Source of the DNA: Pseudothermotoga sp. | GTDB lineage: Bacteria > Thermotogota > Thermotogae > Thermotogales > DSM-5069 | Length of the DNA stretch: 64,000 nt | Strand: one strand, 5' to 3' | Assembly (NCBI GenBank): GCA_031962025.1 | Contig: JAVRKW010000002.1 | In this document: positions 61,873 to 64,000 of the stretch, piece after piece | Layout of the letters: each line of letters opens with the position of its first letter | Numbering within the stretch: position 1 is the first letter of the stretch | Notes under the pieces: generated by a model | Databases searched by the model: none | Told to the model about the DNA's origin: nothing | What the model saw: only the letters and a program-made list of their open reading frames with translations | Position numbers and translations under genes: made by a program

Positions 61873-62430
61873 CGTGCACTATCGGACGATGGAGAGTATT
61901 TAGCCTTGGAGGGTGGTCCCCCCAGATTCCCGCAGGATTCCACGGGTCCCGCGGTACTCGGGAATATAGCCAAGGAGTCTTCTCCCTTTCGCCTACGGGA
62001 CTTTCACCCTCTTTGGTGTGCCATCCCAAGCACTTCGGCTAGAGAGAAGATTTGTAACTCCTCGGTGCGTCCGTAGCCACACCAAGCTATATCCCACAAC
62101 CCCAGTACGACAACGCCTACGGGCTTGAACATCGTACTGGTTTAGGCTCTTCCCCTTTCGATCGCCTCTACTCAGGGAATCTCGTTTGATTTCTTTTCCT
62201 CGGGGTACTGAGATGTTTCACTTCCCCCGGTTCGCGCCTTGCGGCGGCTGGTTTTGCAACCAGCCAGGTTTCCCCATTCGGGAATCCCCGGATCAACGCC
62301 TGTTTGCGGCTCCCCGAGGCTTATCGCAGCTTGCCACGCCCTTCATCGCCTTCCATCGCCAAGGCATCCACCGCATGCCCTTAGTACCTTGACCTTTCGC
62401 TTCCTATGCAGTTTTCAATGACCCTTCCAT

Positions 62431-62506
62431 TGGTGGAGACGAGGGGATTCGAACCCCTGACTTCCTGCTTGCAAAGCAGGCGCTCTCCCAGCTGAGCTAC
62501 GTCCCC
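62431..62506 (-). tRNA. tRNA-Ala (TGC)
   Basis: GGGGACGTAGCTCAGCTGGGAGAGCG..TTGCAA..TTCGAATCC..CCA. Confidence 0.96.
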
Positions 62507-62511
62507 GCCCA

Positions 62512-62588
62512 TGGTGGGCTCGGGAGGAGTCGAACCTCCGACCTCACGCTTATCAGGCGTGCGCTCTCACCAACTGAGCTACGAGCCC
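62512..62588 (-). tRNA. tRNA-Ile (GAT)
   Basis: GGGCTCGTAGCTCAG..CTGATAA..TTCGACTCC..CCA. Confidence 0.96.
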
Positions 62589-62631
62589 GCTCAAGTCATT
62601 CAAAGATGGATAGCAGTCCCGATTTCTCCCT

Positions 62632-64000
<1,369 letters not shown>

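Overview
Bacterial chromosome segment, most likely from Thermotogae (Pseudothermotoga-like), judging by the rRNA, the 23S L1917 group I intron, the cobamide salvage operon and the protein families; the taxon is an inference. All product calls come from recalled family motifs, not database searches. The standout is a ~10.5 kb minus-strand operon (2836-13324). It encodes an apparently rearranged adenosylcobalamin-dependent aminomutase-like enzyme: a B12-binding domain fused N-terminally to a KamD/OraE-like TIM barrel, a stand-alone dimerization-domain protein and a KamB-like reactivase. The same operon carries DAP epimerase, DAP dehydrogenase, a transporter, a Cys-rich FAD oxidoreductase, a PLP enzyme, RidA and a YheO-like regulator, which together suggest an uncharacterised B12-radical diamino-acid pathway. 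Also present: a GntR / cyclase / symporter-wHTH fusion / LeuA-family cluster, an AcpS-FolK fusion, gdh, Trk K+ uptake genes, a cobalamin riboswitch leading cobT-cobU-cbiR-cobS-cbiB-cobD-cbiP, Moco genes, a sugar ABC/kinase/aldolase operon, the pho/pst locus and a peptide ABC transporter. The window ends in a minus-strand rRNA operon (16S partial, tRNA-Ile, tRNA-Ala, 23S with a group I intron and LAGLIDADG endonuclease, 5S).
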